A DNA stretch of 64,000 nt from Octopus vulgaris (lineage: Eukaryota), in NCBI GenBank assembly GCA_951406725.2, contig OX597817.1, forward strand, positions 106,950,001 to 107,014,000, in the 5' to 3' direction. Shown here piece by piece: positions 1 through 11,940 of the stretch (its first letter is position 1; each line of letters opens with the position of its first letter). The notes under the pieces were generated by a model. The model worked only from the letters and a program-made list of their open reading frames with translations. It did not search any database and was not told where the DNA came from. The position numbers were made by a program, and so were the translations under genes.

Positions 1-228
1 ATGTGGAAATTCTGCATTTTGTAAATATTCTTATTTCTATTTTGCTGTATAAATTCATAAATCTTTGTAACATCGTTTCATTATGCTAAAGCTTTGATTT
101 TGCTCCACAGTTAAGATTTTTGAAGTATAACATTTAGATTTGTTTCACTCTGTTAAAAGTATAATATTCAAACATATCATGACAAGCAGGATATTATAAA
201 TAACTAACAAGAGAATATTTAAAACATT

Positions 229-400
229 CATAGATGTGGTTAAGAAGCTTGCTTCCCAACCATGTGGTCTTGGGTTCAGTTGTACAGCAGGGTACCTTGG
301 GCAAATGTCTTCTACTATCCTTAGGTTGACCAAAACTTTATGAGTGAATCTTGGATTTAGTAGACTGAAAAAGCCCATTGTGTATGTATATATATATATA
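229..400 (+). mobile_element. 5' part of the abundant tRNA-headed CORE-like SINE (family O)
   Basis: TGTGGTTAAGAAGCTTGCTTCCCAACC...CCTTGGGCAAATGTCTTCTACTAT matches the full copy at 29877-30312; a 3' part of the same family lies at ~1255-1485. Confidence 0.7.
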
Positions 401-610
401 GGTTATGTGAGGTGTCAGTGAGACCCAAAGGTGTCAGGTAATGCTGAATAAGTGCTATGGATAGACCAGAGTTAAGTTCCAGATTCGCTGATTATGCGAA
501 TAAGGGGTCCAATTTAGGTCGTATATATATGTGTGCATATAAATTTTTTTTTTTTCATAATAAGATAAAAAACCAAGGCTGTGTAGATTTTAGAACATTT
601 ATAAATAGAA

Positions 611-995
611 GGTCTTACAGCTGTTTCTAGGATATTTATTATATCCCTTTGTAGATTAATGGATCTACAAATACAATATCCCTGCATATCTCACATCTAT
701 TTTCATTCCTCTACCTCACTCTCTATTTCGTATCTTATCTAAATTAACTATTGCTTAACCATCTTCCCACACCGTCTCCAATGTTGTTTTATCTGGTTTG
801 CAGGATTCTTTATGTGAATTCGTGTGTTAAAACAAATTTTGTTGTCTAGGGAGAATCATTATGCCAATATAATTAACACACACACAGGTTCAATTCCACT
901 CCTTTATTATTTGTTTTGACTAATAACTAAGGAATGGAATTGAACCAATGTATGTGTTAATTATATTGGCATAACAACTCTCCCTAAACACAACA
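611..995. repeat. Penelope-like terminal remnants: decayed hammerhead-like motif (- strand, 611-656) and a ~60-bp-arm inverted repeat (840-995)
   Basis: Reverse complement of 611-656 reads GGGATAT-aataa-ATATCCT-AGAAAC-AGCT-GTA-AGA with the CUGANGA core damaged; 840-905 is the reverse complement of 929-995. Confidence 0.5.
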
Positions 996-2479
996 TAATG
1001 TATACACATATATATTTATATTAATGTTTGTTTTTATGTTCTGTTACAATAAAAACAATTTTACATTAATCTGATGGGTTACTCTATACTTTTCTACAGT
1101 ATAAATTTATTATTCTTAAACAAGAATGTTGTTGACAGTGAATTCGAAGTTTTGGCCTGATAAACCATTGTCAGCAGTCCTACAATGGCTTAACTGGCCA
1201 AAATTTTAGTCACAATCAAACATTCTTGTTTAAGAATGATAAAGATATGTGTGTGTGTGTGTATGATCATGCTTGTGTTATGTTTGTTAGTTCGTTTATG
1301 TCCCCATAATGTAGTGGTGTTGGTTTGTTTACATCCCCATAATGTAGAAGTTCAGTAAAGGATATCAATAGAATAAATATCAGGTTTAAAAAATAAGTAT
1401 TGTGGTCAATTTGCTTGACTAAACACTACAAGGCAGAGCCCCAACATAGCTACAGTTCAATAGCTGAAACAAGTATACAATAAGATACTTTGTTTGAAAA
1501 CTTAAAAGGGTCTATGCTCTAAAGTAGACATAGCTTACAAACTTAATGTATACGGCATATACTGCATATATAATTCTACCTGATGATTTTCATATGATTA
1601 TTGTTAGCTCCAGTCATTCCTGATCATGCAGACTTATACTGAAAGCATTTCAGACAAGACCATCTTAGACTTTAGTATATATAAAACTATATTGTCTAAT
1701 GTGTCCTCACTGCCTTTTTTATTTATGTTAAGGTAACAGGTTTGTGTTGAGGGATTTTCTGTTGCTTTTCCAGCAGGTGAGGCAAACACATAGAAGCTCT
1801 TCTTGTTTTCCATGATGAAATATTATCTTTCTTGGTGAATGTTGATGACAGGAAGTGCGTCCAGACTTTAAAAAATCTGTCAGCAAATTCCTACTGACTC
1901 ATGCAAGCATGGAAAAGTGGATGTTAGAATGATGATGTCGTATATCATTTTAATAGTTTACAGTGACATAAAAATCCTACTTAGCTTGCTATTTGTTTTC
2001 CTCTTTTTTTTGCTAACATTATCTAAGCAGCAAACCATATCAGATTTATATCATTTCTTGTCCTGTAATTTATTAATTATTTATCTGGTATCACGTCTCA
2101 TGACAATTTCTTAATTAATAGCTGATGCCCATCTCAGAAGGTTTTAGTTCAGTTGGAAAAGTCATTTGAATTAGAAATCATAATGAAATCATGAAATCAT
2201 TGATTTTATTTGTTGATAATTTACCACTATATCATGTATCAGTTACCATAAGCAGACCATTACTTTTAAACAACAATAATAAAGAACACTACTTATGAGG
2301 CAGCCATGTTTCCCTTAAATAAACCTCACTGTCCTAAGAAAAACAAAGAACATATAAAGTAACATAATCCTAGATACCCTTAAGCAAAAAGAATGGGAAC
2401 AGTTGGGCTGAAATGTGGTTGATCAGAGGTTTACCTGATCAAGATTGACCTGGGATTAAATAACAATAATGATTTACAC

Positions 2480-4865
2480 TACTGGACTCAAACTGGTCAC
2501 AAGTAGTCACCTCTCCAACAAGAGGCGACAACACCTTGGACCTGCTCTTCACCACAACTCCTGAAGCGGTTATCAATTGCACTACGGAGGAACCTCTAGG
2601 TGACTCTGATCATGCTCCGATCATCGCCAATCTGGCTCTTGCGGGCAACAAAAACCTGAACCATCTCCAATCTGCTTCCTTCGATTGGAAGAGAGCAGAT
2701 TGGAACCTGTACCACACTGAACTACAGCACCCAAACTGGCGTGAATTCTACAACTCTGGAGATGTGAATACTATACTCCAGAGTATCCTGGACTCAATAT
2801 GGGCAGCATGTGCAGCATCAGTGCCACGTAAACAGAAAAAGAAGAACCGCCCCAAAAGGGCAATTTGGGTAACTTTAGCGGTTCGACTTGCCAGGAAGGA
2901 ACGTCGGACTGCTGAACGGGAATAGAAGTTGCATAAATCAGACACCAACAGGAAGAAGCGGAATAAATCTTCCAACAGGAAGAAGCAGAATAAATCTTCC
3001 GACCGTCTCAAGCAAGTGACAAAAAAAGCAGTGCTTGAATTTGAACAGTGCATAGCAGCCAATCCTGACAGCAAGGTTTTCTGGAAATATGTGCATTCAA
3101 AGCAGAGACCTCACTCTCCAGTGGGCCCTCTTCGCAACCCTCACACAAACCAGATCACTGACGACCCCAAGGAATGCGCAGAACTCATTGCCGATTGCTA
3201 TGCAAACATATTCACTGTTGAAAGTCAAAATGTACCATCTTCACCATCACTAACAGCAAATTCCATAACAACTATGGAATTTACACCTGCAATGCTGCGA
3301 CGTCACCTTCAAAATAAGCGCAACTATGCCTCCCCTGGTCTCGATGGAGTTACATACCTGCTTCTCAAATGTGGCAGGTACTTCCTTTTACACCAGCTTT
3401 TTATTTTCTTCCAGTACTGTCTCAACAATGGTGCTACTCCGGAGCAGTGGAAAACTGCCAGTGTCATTCCTCTGTTCAAAAAGGGCAACCGCACATCACC
3501 TGTCAACTATCGCCCAGTCAGTCTCACTAGCTGTATTGCAAAACTGATGGAATCGTGTGTCAGAGAAACACTCTGGAACTTCTGGAGCTCTCACAGTCTC
3601 ATCCGACCCTCACAATATGGATTTGTCCCTAACTCCAGCTGCAGTGATCAGCTTGTCAAGTTCCTTGAGGACATTACTCAGATCACTGACAGTGGCTCAT
3701 GGGTGGATGTTGTCTACCTTGACTTTGCTAAGGCTTTCAACTCTGTGCCACACAAAAGGCTTATGGTGAAACTCTCTGCAATGGGTGTGAGGGATGACCT
3801 TTTTAACTGGTTGAAATCCTTCATTCTCAGCCGAAAGGAGGTAGTCACAGTTCTAGGACAGCATTCTACACCATATGAAATGTCATCGGGTGTACCACAG
3901 GGATCTGTCCTTGGTCCCCTCTTGTTTGTGGCATACATTAATGACATAGATGCCAATTTAAAGAATGCCACAGTATTGAAATATACAGACGACATCAAGC
4001 TGTACCTTGAAATCAAGAGGACAGATCCTGATGTCTACAACTCTTTCCTGCAATCAGACCTAGACACAATGCAGCAATGGATCACAGACTGGCAACTGAA
4101 ACTGGCTGTGGCTAAGTGTACCACCATGCATTTTGGGAGAAAAAACCCTGTGTCTACATACTCCCTCCACAACACTGATATCAAAAAATCCTCTTTTGAG
4201 CATGACCTAGGCATCACTGTCAGCAGTGATTTGCGTTGGACAAAGCATATCTCTAAAATTGTCAAGAAGGCTGAGGGTGTCTTGGCATCACTCAGCAAGA
4301 CTTTTGTTAGCCGCTCTCCAGCCATCTATTTAAAACTGTATACAGCTATGGTACGACCACACTTGGAATTCGCATCATCAGTTTGGAACCCCTATCTTGC
4401 TCAGAACATTGACCTCCTGGAATCTGTCCAGAGACGTGCAACCAAACGCATACCTTCCATCAGACACCTACCATATTCTGAGCGCCTTGTTTCCCTGGGC
4501 ATGGATTCACTGAAGCTCCGGCGTCTGGCGACGGACTTGGTAAACGCCCGCAAAGTTGTCAACCACCTCACCAATAACAACACTGAACACCTTTTTGATC
4601 TCCATGTGTCTAACACACGTGGACATGCCTACAAAGTCAGAAAAGAACACAGCTCCCATGACTTTCGGAAACTTTTTTTCACGCTCAGAGTTGCTGAAGC
4701 ATGGAATAAACTGCCTGCGTCAGTTGTTGACTGCCATGACACTGCATCCTTTAAGGCCCTCATGCTTTCCGAAATCCACCGAAACTACACTTGATTATAT
4801 ATACACTTTAGATGAGTTGTAGTGCACCTGAGCACTGTACACAATTATTATTATTATTTTATTAC
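2480..4865 (+). mobile_element. 5'-truncated CR1-group non-LTR retrotransposon (end of APE domain, RT, 3' stem-loop and (TTA)n tail)
   Basis: APE C-terminal motifs PTRGDNTLDLLFT and LGDSDH; one in-frame TAG at 2923-2925; RT motifs downstream; 3' UTR hairpin AGTGC-acctga-GCACT followed by ATTATTATTATT. Confidence 0.93.
2929..4794 (+). CDS. LINE ORF2 reverse transcriptase region (open frame without its own start; continues the 2482-2922 frame across a stop)
   Basis: NYRPVSLTS, QYGF, VYLDFAKAFNSV, SGVPQGSVLGPLLF, KYTDD, VRPHLEFASSVWNP, LESVQRRATK. Confidence 0.9.
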   Translation: MHKSDTNRKKRNKSSNRKKQNKSSDRLKQVTKKAVLEFEQCIAANPDSKVFWKYVHSKQRPHSPVGPLRNPHTNQITDDPKECAELIADCYANIFTVESQNVPSSPSLTANSITTMEFTPAMLRRHLQNKRNYASPGLDGVTYLLLKCGRYFLLHQLFIFFQYCLNNGATPEQWKTASVIPLFKKGNRTSPVNYRPVSLTSCIAKLMESCVRETLWNFWSSHSLIRPSQYGFVPNSSCSDQLVKFLEDITQITDSGSWVDVVYLDFAKAFNSVPHKRLMVKLSAMGVRDDLFNWLKSFILSRKEVVTVLGQHSTPYEMSSGVPQGSVLGPLLFVAYINDIDANLKNATVLKYTDDIKLYLEIKRTDPDVYNSFLQSDLDTMQQWITDWQLKLAVAKCTTMHFGRKNPVSTYSLHNTDIKKSSFEHDLGITVSSDLRWTKHISKIVKKAEGVLASLSKTFVSRSPAIYLKLYTAMVRPHLEFASSVWNPYLAQNIDLLESVQRRATKRIPSIRHLPYSERLVSLGMDSLKLRRLATDLVNARKVVNHLTNNNTEHLFDLHVSNTRGHAYKVRKEHSSHDFRKLFFTLRVAEAWNKLPASVVDCHDTASFKALMLSEIHRNYT

Positions 4866-4926
4866 TGCTTCTAAACTACAATACTAATCATACACACACA
4901 CATGCACATATTGATATATATATATC

Positions 4927-4960
<34 letters not shown>

Positions 4961-5037
4961 CATGTGCATGCGCACATGTGTGTGTGTGTGCATGCACACG
5001 TGTGTGTGTGTGTGTGTATGTATGTATATATGTATAT

Positions 5038-5207
5038 AGGCTCAAGCATGGTTGTGTGGTAAGAAGCTTGATTCCCATACACATAGTTTCAGGTTTAATC
5101 CCACTGCATGGTACCTTGGGTAAGTGTCTTCTACTATAGCTCTAGGTCAAACAAAGCCTTGTGAGTGGATTTCATGGACAGAAACTGAAAGAAGCCAATT
5201 GTGTGTG

Positions 5208-5246
<39 letters not shown>

Positions 5247-5660
5247 TTAATACAGGCACAGGCATGGCTGTGTGGTTAAGAAACTTCCTTCCCAACCATG
5301 TGGTCTTGAGTTCAGTCCTGCACCTCAAGCAAGTGTCTTCTACTACTTCTTCAATAATCCTGGGTCAACCAAACCATTCTTAGTGGATTTTGTAGCTGGA
5401 AATTGAAAGAAGCCCACTGTGTATGCATGTGTGTGTTTAATCTTGTCTTGGAATCATGAGATGATTGTAAGTGATACTTGGCCTGTCATATAAGCAATGT
5501 TGTTCATTTCTTGTTTTCCATGATGAAATATTACCTTGTTTGATGAATGTTGGGTACAGGAAGTGCATCTAGACTTAGAAAAATCTGTCAGCAAATTCCC
5601 TCTGACTCATGCAAGCATGGAAAAGTGGATGTTAAAATGATGTTGACATATATCATTTTA
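5038..5660 (+). mobile_element. Two family-O SINE heads in tandem followed by an RTE-type 3' end
   Basis: Two GGCTGTGTGGTAAG-type heads with CTTGGGCAAGTGTCTTCTACTA-like cores; ends GCAAGCATGGAAAAGTGGATGTTAAAATGATG. Confidence 0.65.
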
Positions 5661-5999
5661 ATATACACTTTTACTTCAATAAATAAATAATATCTGAATC
5701 TATGTACAACAGACTCAAAGAAATACTGGTTTTATATAGAGAAGAAAGAGGTTGTGTCATAATCATGTCTGCAAAGTGCTATCACCAAAGGCTTTTTTTA
5801 TGATGACTTGACAATGTGAACTTGTATAAAACAGATATACATGCTGCTAATTCTATGAGTGTATGGGGGGTGGGGGTGAGATAACTAAACAATACATGGA
5901 GCTAAAATATTTTTCATCAATTAAAAGAAAGATGCTATTTTAGCATGTGGTGTACCACAATATCTATAGTCTATGCTGTAAAATGACTTAATCTTGATG

Positions 6000-6075
6000 A
6001 GGATTAGGATTAGGGTTTTGGGTTAGCGTCTAGGGTTAAGTTTTAGTGTTAGGGTTAGGATTAAGGCTTAGGGTT
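6000..6075 (+). repeat. Degenerate interstitial (TTAGGG)n-like tract
   Basis: GGATTAGGATTAGGGTTTTGGGTTAG...GTTAGGGTTAGGATTAAGGCTTAGGGTT. Confidence 0.7.
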
Positions 6076-7182
6076 GACCAGATGCATTCAGTAGGAGAAA
6101 GTCTGATCTTTGGCATGTAATGCAGGAACTCTGGGCATATTTTAGTCTCATTAAGCCTTTTTTTAGAGTACTTAGCAGATCCTAGATGAATGAGAAATAT
6201 AAAAATTTTGGGTGAATAATCAACCGATTCGGTAGCTTAAGTCTGTGAGAAAATTACCTAAGGATGTATTTTGCATGAAAAAAATATGCAGTCAAATAGG
6301 GGACAGACATACTTAATGTAGCAAGTCAAAACAAAAAAAGAAATTAATTTGGAATTTACAATTGTTTCCCATCCGTTTCTTGATCAGAATTAATCACTGA
6401 AGTTAATGCTCACTACATTGTTTTGCATTACACCTAACTACATGCTTTTCAAATAGAAGGTGCCCCAAGGTAATTCTCACCCCACCCCACTAGTCATTCT
6501 TCCACCAAATACATGCAACCAAGAAGCTAACATGGTTTCTAACCTGTTAGAAATAGCAGCCAAATTTCCCTCAAACCACATAATGTCGTATAACAGAGAT
6601 GGATACATTAGAGAATGTAGTACTTGATACACAAAAATATAGATATAGTTGGAAAGCATTTGATCAATATATCTTCTTGATCAAGTTTAACTTGGGATCA
6701 ACATCAAAATCCACCACCACCACCACCGTTGCCACAACTATCGATCACTGTGGCAATTAGATACATTTGTTACTTCTATTTTGTCAGACATAGATTGATT
6801 ATTATGAACTAATGTAATTAGGAACAAACAATATGTGTATTTATTGAATAGAACATTATTACGTTCTGGATATATAATTGCTCAATAATAACGCTTTTCC
6901 GTTCACACTATTACGTGATAATCACTATAGTAACTTGATAATTTTAGCAAAGTATTTATTATCTCGAAGATTTCATTTTTATCAGGATCTTGTAGATTAC
7001 TTTTTATGGTCTGGTCATGTTTCAAATGAATAATAGGTAGATTTCATATAGCTTGAAACATTTCTTTTATGCAGCAACTACAACTTTTAAATATATTCCT
7101 ACTTTAGCTCACGTCATCCTTGGTCGAAGACATTTTAGCAGAAACTACATTGCCTTGTAAGTATATCTACGACTACTTTAGT

Positions 7183-7556
7183 GGAGGTGCAATGACCCAG
7201 TGGTTAGAGCAGCACACTCATGGTCGTAGGATCGTGGTTTCGATTCCAAGACCAAGCGTTGTGAGTGTTTATTGAGCAAAAACATCTAAAGTTCCACGAG
7301 GTTCCCTCTGGCAGGGAGTAGTGGCGAACCCTGCTGTACTCTTTCACCACAACTTTCTCTCACTGTTTCTGTTGTACCTGTATTTCAAAGGGCCAGCCTT
7401 GTCACACTCTGTGTCACACTGAATCTCCCCGAGAACTACGTTAAGGGTACATGTGTCTGTGGAGTGCTCAGCCACTTGCACATTAATTTCACGAGCAGGC
7501 TGTTCCGTTGATCGGATCACTGGAACCCTCGTTGTCGTAACTGAGGGAGTGCCATG
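7183..7556 (+). mobile_element. tRNA-headed SINE (second family); diverged copy at ~60965-61290
   Basis: A-box TGACCCAGTGG and B-box GTTTCGATTCC; body shared with 60965-61290; flanked by a near-duplicate GACTACTTT/GACTACATT. Confidence 0.75.
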
Positions 7557-8149
7557 AAGACTACATTGTCTAATATGGATGGATGGTAGTGGATTCTCCA
7601 CAGCTTCAACACTGAGTATATTGAACTCTCTATTCATCAAATTGGCATGTAAGTGGCAGAGGGCTCGAAATCGGTGTGACTCATGTGAGAAGGATGAACA
7701 TTTGAATTACATGTACAGTTCATCTGTCTGGCTTCCCCCGCATTTACCAATTTCGCCAACAAAGCTTGGGACGATATATATTCAAAATTCTATGCAGTCC
7801 CAAGTGTTTGATAAGTTGGACTACTTGTTAAATTGATATGTTGGGCTGAAAATCAGTGCATCAGATTTAAAGCTGAACGTTTGAATTGAAACCACAAGCC
7901 ATCCACCAGACTTCCTATCCGATTTCAATCACAAAGACTTAGAATTATATGAGATCATAATGAAAAATACTATCCCAAAATTCAACGTACTGTGATCGAA
8001 CACAGAACTTCATGATTGTGAAGTAAACTGCTTAGGGGATACCATAGTTTAGGTTCTAAAATAGAATAATTTTTGAAATTGAAGATACATGGAAGGTACG
8101 TTTTGAGGGAGATTTGAGTGATATCTCTGGCAGGTTGAGAAACTGCACA

Positions 8150-9455
8150 AAAATTTCTTCGCTGACGTAAAGTTGTTACCACCACAGGGAGTATTGAAAA
8201 GCATGGAAGAAAAAGATAATTGTATATAATTTTCGGTGGAAGAGAAAAGGATTGACAATGTATCGACGGAAACAATTGAAAAGGCATTGAGGTCAAACTG
8301 ATAAGATATAACATATCTTGCCAGTAGAAGCCAGTACAGAACTGTAGAAGTACATTTTAAAACGGCAAGAAAGGCTAAAGAACATTCGGTAACCCCAGTA
8401 AGGACAGAGTGGTCCTCCTACCCACGTATCTTGGAAGAAAGACTTCCAGGGTTAGGGTGGAGGGAATCTCACCTGAAATAGATGTGGCTTGGTTGGCGGT
8501 GACTGTACTTCTGGGAAGCGAAGAAGTGGTGGCCGTCCTCCAAGCCATGATGACAGAGGCTACAAACTGGAAGGGCCAAATATTAGATGTAATTGTGCAA
8601 AGCACAACAGGAAATTGGGAAAAAATGGCAGAAACGGTCACCATAAGAGACACGGTGTGAAGAGTCTGGGTGGAGGGCAAAATCCTTTGTTGCTTCAAAT
8701 GAGGCCAAAAGGGCCACATTAGAGCAGACTGCCCTTCACAGACCAAAAGAAGCCAGGAAGGAACTGGAGAAGATGGAAGAGGAAATAAAGATGAATGAAG
8801 AACAGTGGAAGATGGCAAAAGGAAGAAAACAGAGGAAGAGAAAGAAAGTCAGGATGAATGGAAACCCCAACTCGCATTCACCACACCTAAACATTCTCAA
8901 CCCCACCCTCCCCTCGCAGACGCCACACCCACCCATTCCCCTCCGACACAAAACAAACAAAAAAGAGACACAAACACACAAGAACTTACAAACTCCCCCT
9001 CCCGTGAATATGGTTATGCATGCATGATGTACGAAGGAGTGGACATGTAACTGGTGAACAAAACAGCAAAATGGAAGGCTACAAGGTTTGTTAATGTGGA
9101 GGAAAGAACAAACATTGAGGGATGGCACGCATGTATTTTGGTGTCAGAGAGACGGGAAAAGGAGTTAAATACAAGGTTGGATTTAAGTGTTAGAAGGTAA
9201 ACGGTGACATAAAGGGAGTACCAGACAACATACAGTACGAAGAGCTGGTTAAAGAATATGGTTTAGACATTTTGAGAAACTCAGGATTCAAAGGATAAAA
9301 AGGAAGTGATGCTGCTTGGAGGTGGGGCAAGTAGTTCATTTTCATTATCATTCATTTATATCATACGTTTTATTTTTTTCCAATTTGTTCTATGTCCTTG
9401 TATGTGTTTGTTTGTCCCCTCTTTGTCAACCCTTTGAGGGCAATAAAGAATCAAA
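8150..9455 (+). mobile_element. ORF1-only L1/Tx1-like retroelement relic (gag-like zinc knuckle) with AATAAA 3' end
   Basis: VWVEGKILCCFK*GQKGHIRADCP is CX2CX4HX4C with one Cys mutated to stop; homologous to the - strand relic at 33950-34805; no RT before GGCAATAAAGAA at ~9440. Confidence 0.7.
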
Positions 9456-11791
9456 TTTAATGCTTGCTGTGTAAGTTCAATAATGCATGAGCTTGGTGAT
9501 TAGCAAAAAAGATAATTCTCCTTGAAAAAATGCATTCACAATGACTAATTGAAATAATCTTTTTTCATACACTTCATAGGTATGTCATATACATGATGCA
9601 GGTCTTTACTGAGCTTCATATTTTTACCATTACTAGAACTAAGTCAAATGCGTCGAAGAAGACCATAATTTTGCATAAAATGTCTCGTGTATTTGCTGTT
9701 AATCAGTTTCTCTTCTATATTTGAGTAGATAATAGCCATGTTTTGCATACTTTAATTAGATGTAATAACAATGTCACACACTAAATACTTTACAGTACGA
9801 GTCAATACTTTACGTCCGTTTCTTTTTTTAATGATTTCGTTTTGTAGGAAAATACTTTCACTTTCAACGGAACCCGGACTATATGACACCATAATTTCTT
9901 ACATATGAATAAAGACACGAAAACTGGGCTAAGAGAAGTGTATTAGTCGATTATAGCGGTACTCACCTCACTACCATCATACTTAACGGAAGAATAAAAA
10001 GAAAAGTACAACCTTTTTGGATCGAGTTTTAAAATGCAACAACCTCTATCTCGAATACTCCTAACATACGCGTCCTCGCGTGGAATTCTAATCCAAGGCT
10101 GATGCGCCTTTATTCCTTACTTCGGTATTTCCCGACAAAGCCTGTACATGGTCACTCAACCTGCTAGAAATAGCAGCTGAATCGCCTTTAAATCTCACTG
10201 ATAGCTCAAGAAAGGACACACTTGATAATATCCTAGATTTCCAAAGAAAAAAGAAAAAAAGACAGATGGTCAAAGCTAGAACGTCTTTAATCATAATTCT
10301 GATCGATTGATCAGAACTGACATGTGGCTAAGTAACAGCATCGACCACGAGTTCAATATTCCTATATTCCCATGTTGGCTGCTCGAGATATTTTCCCCCA
10401 ACTCTGGAGGCGGTTAAGGCCTCCCTTCTGACTGTGTAGATGGAAGAACATTGTGAAACCGATCATGTAGTGGGCAAAGAATACATATACTTACAGAAAA
10501 CATAGAACAGTTCGAAAGCTTTTGATTCCGTCTGTATGTAAAATATGTGGCGTTCCAAATTTTTCAAATATTTTTGTAATATTTAGTCAAATGTTTTAAG
10601 TGTTCGCTTGGGACATTTATACTTGCAAGTTTTAAACGAACTTAAATGACTTAAGGAGAAAATAATTTGATCAATATCTACCCGTAGAGTAATATTTATG
10701 CTAATTGCTATTTTCACAGAAACGGTAAGGTTTTTCTTTGGCTGTTTTCTCATGTTCATACATGCTCACTTTATTCCGACAATTTTTATTAAAAGATATA
10801 AAAATAAGAGGAAATTTTTATTTGCTTCAGTATTTAATTACGTAGGCACAAAGGTCGCATATTACTTGGAGCAATTTGTGACGTTCATGAATTCAAGGGA
10901 AGTAAAATGGCTGGAGTAAGTGAGCATGGATCAAGTTGACCAGGAGGAATTAGGGTAAACGGGAATAATGTCACACGAAAAAAATGTCTTGTCTATTTCC
11001 TTTAAATTCCATCAATAATAGTTGTAGGAATTAAATATTCAAGTTTCATATTGACCGACAATACCAAGACATACACAATGACAACACAATTCATGACATA
11101 ACAAGTGTTTGGAAAAAGTCTCTTATATACAATCTTGTGTAAAATAAGTAACAAAATAAAAACATTGAACTAGTTTTGTTTCCTTTTGACATTTTCCCAG
11201 GATTCTGTTATTATAACGTAACTTTTGAGACTATGCACAATAAAATACAATGCTATATGTGTTTTTTTTAATGTTTTTAACATGACTTTTTCAGTTTCTG
11301 TACACCATCTCTGATCAAGTCACCTGATAATCAAATAAAACTAATGGGATTGGTGTCAGTTAAAATGTCTTATGGTAAGTTTGCTATTTTTAATGTAGTA
11401 TATATTAATATGTTGGTCGCCCACTGTCTATGACGTTCAGCTTTGTTTCTTATGACATCACATTAGGAAATTGGACGAAAATATTCGAGATTAAGGATGG
11501 TCTGTTTAGTAGTATATGACTTTAAAGTGGATTCTCGGATATAAATAGATAGAAGGAATCAAATTGAAACCTGAAAAGCAAGCGGGACATTTTTTTAGGA
11601 GAAATGATTGTGTTTTCTGTCTATATTGTTACTAATTGAATATATACAGCCCATTGAAAAATGTTCGTTTTTTTTTTTTTAACAAAGCAAATGTAAATAT
11701 TAAAGCATCTTCAGAAATTCTATAGATTTAATAATGTCCTCTTCAAAGGAATTCAAGCAACCCCGCTCAAAGTGCAAAGGCTATCCTACAC

Positions 11792-11940
11792 CAGTGGTTC
11801 CCAACCTTTTCACTACCAAGGACACCTTTTATTTAAATGAGTTTTCGTTCGAACTCCTTTTAATATGCTTATATGAAATTTTGAATTTAGTTCACGAATC
11901 CCCAGTACTATCTTTGCAGACCACAGGTTGGGAACCACTA
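11792..11940. mobile_element. hAT-type MITE
   Basis: TIRs CAGTGGTTCCCAACCT / AGGTTGGGAACCACTA; 8-bp flanks match only partly (TCCTACAC/CCCTATCC). Confidence 0.65.

Larger units (their letters stand above)
7108..11374 (+). pseudogene. Candidate decayed multi-exon gene with C-type-lectin-like and kringle-like segments, interrupted by transposons
   Basis: 7570-7850 frame has IWMDGS, KWQRARNRC, LGTI, YVGL. AG|..|GT-bounded, phase-compatible segments 10688-10724, 10831-10915 and 11295-11374 join to NCYFHRN-VFNYVGTK...WLD-FCT. 9580 reads GMSYT*CRS; ~9868 reads RNPD..P*. Several stops/frameshifts. Confidence 0.4.

Noticed and set aside
3324-4822. Overlapping antisense and alternate-frame ORFs (also at 24426-26532 and 54842-55625)
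   Set aside because: Shadows of LINE/PLE coding sequence
6000-6075. True telomere or chromosome fusion site
   Set aside because: Short and degenerate; similar tracts are internal parts of MITEs in this window
7183-7260. tRNA gene (also the heads at 29877, 46673 and 62458)
   Set aside because: A/B boxes are present but there is no convincing cloverleaf, and each continues into a multicopy SINE body
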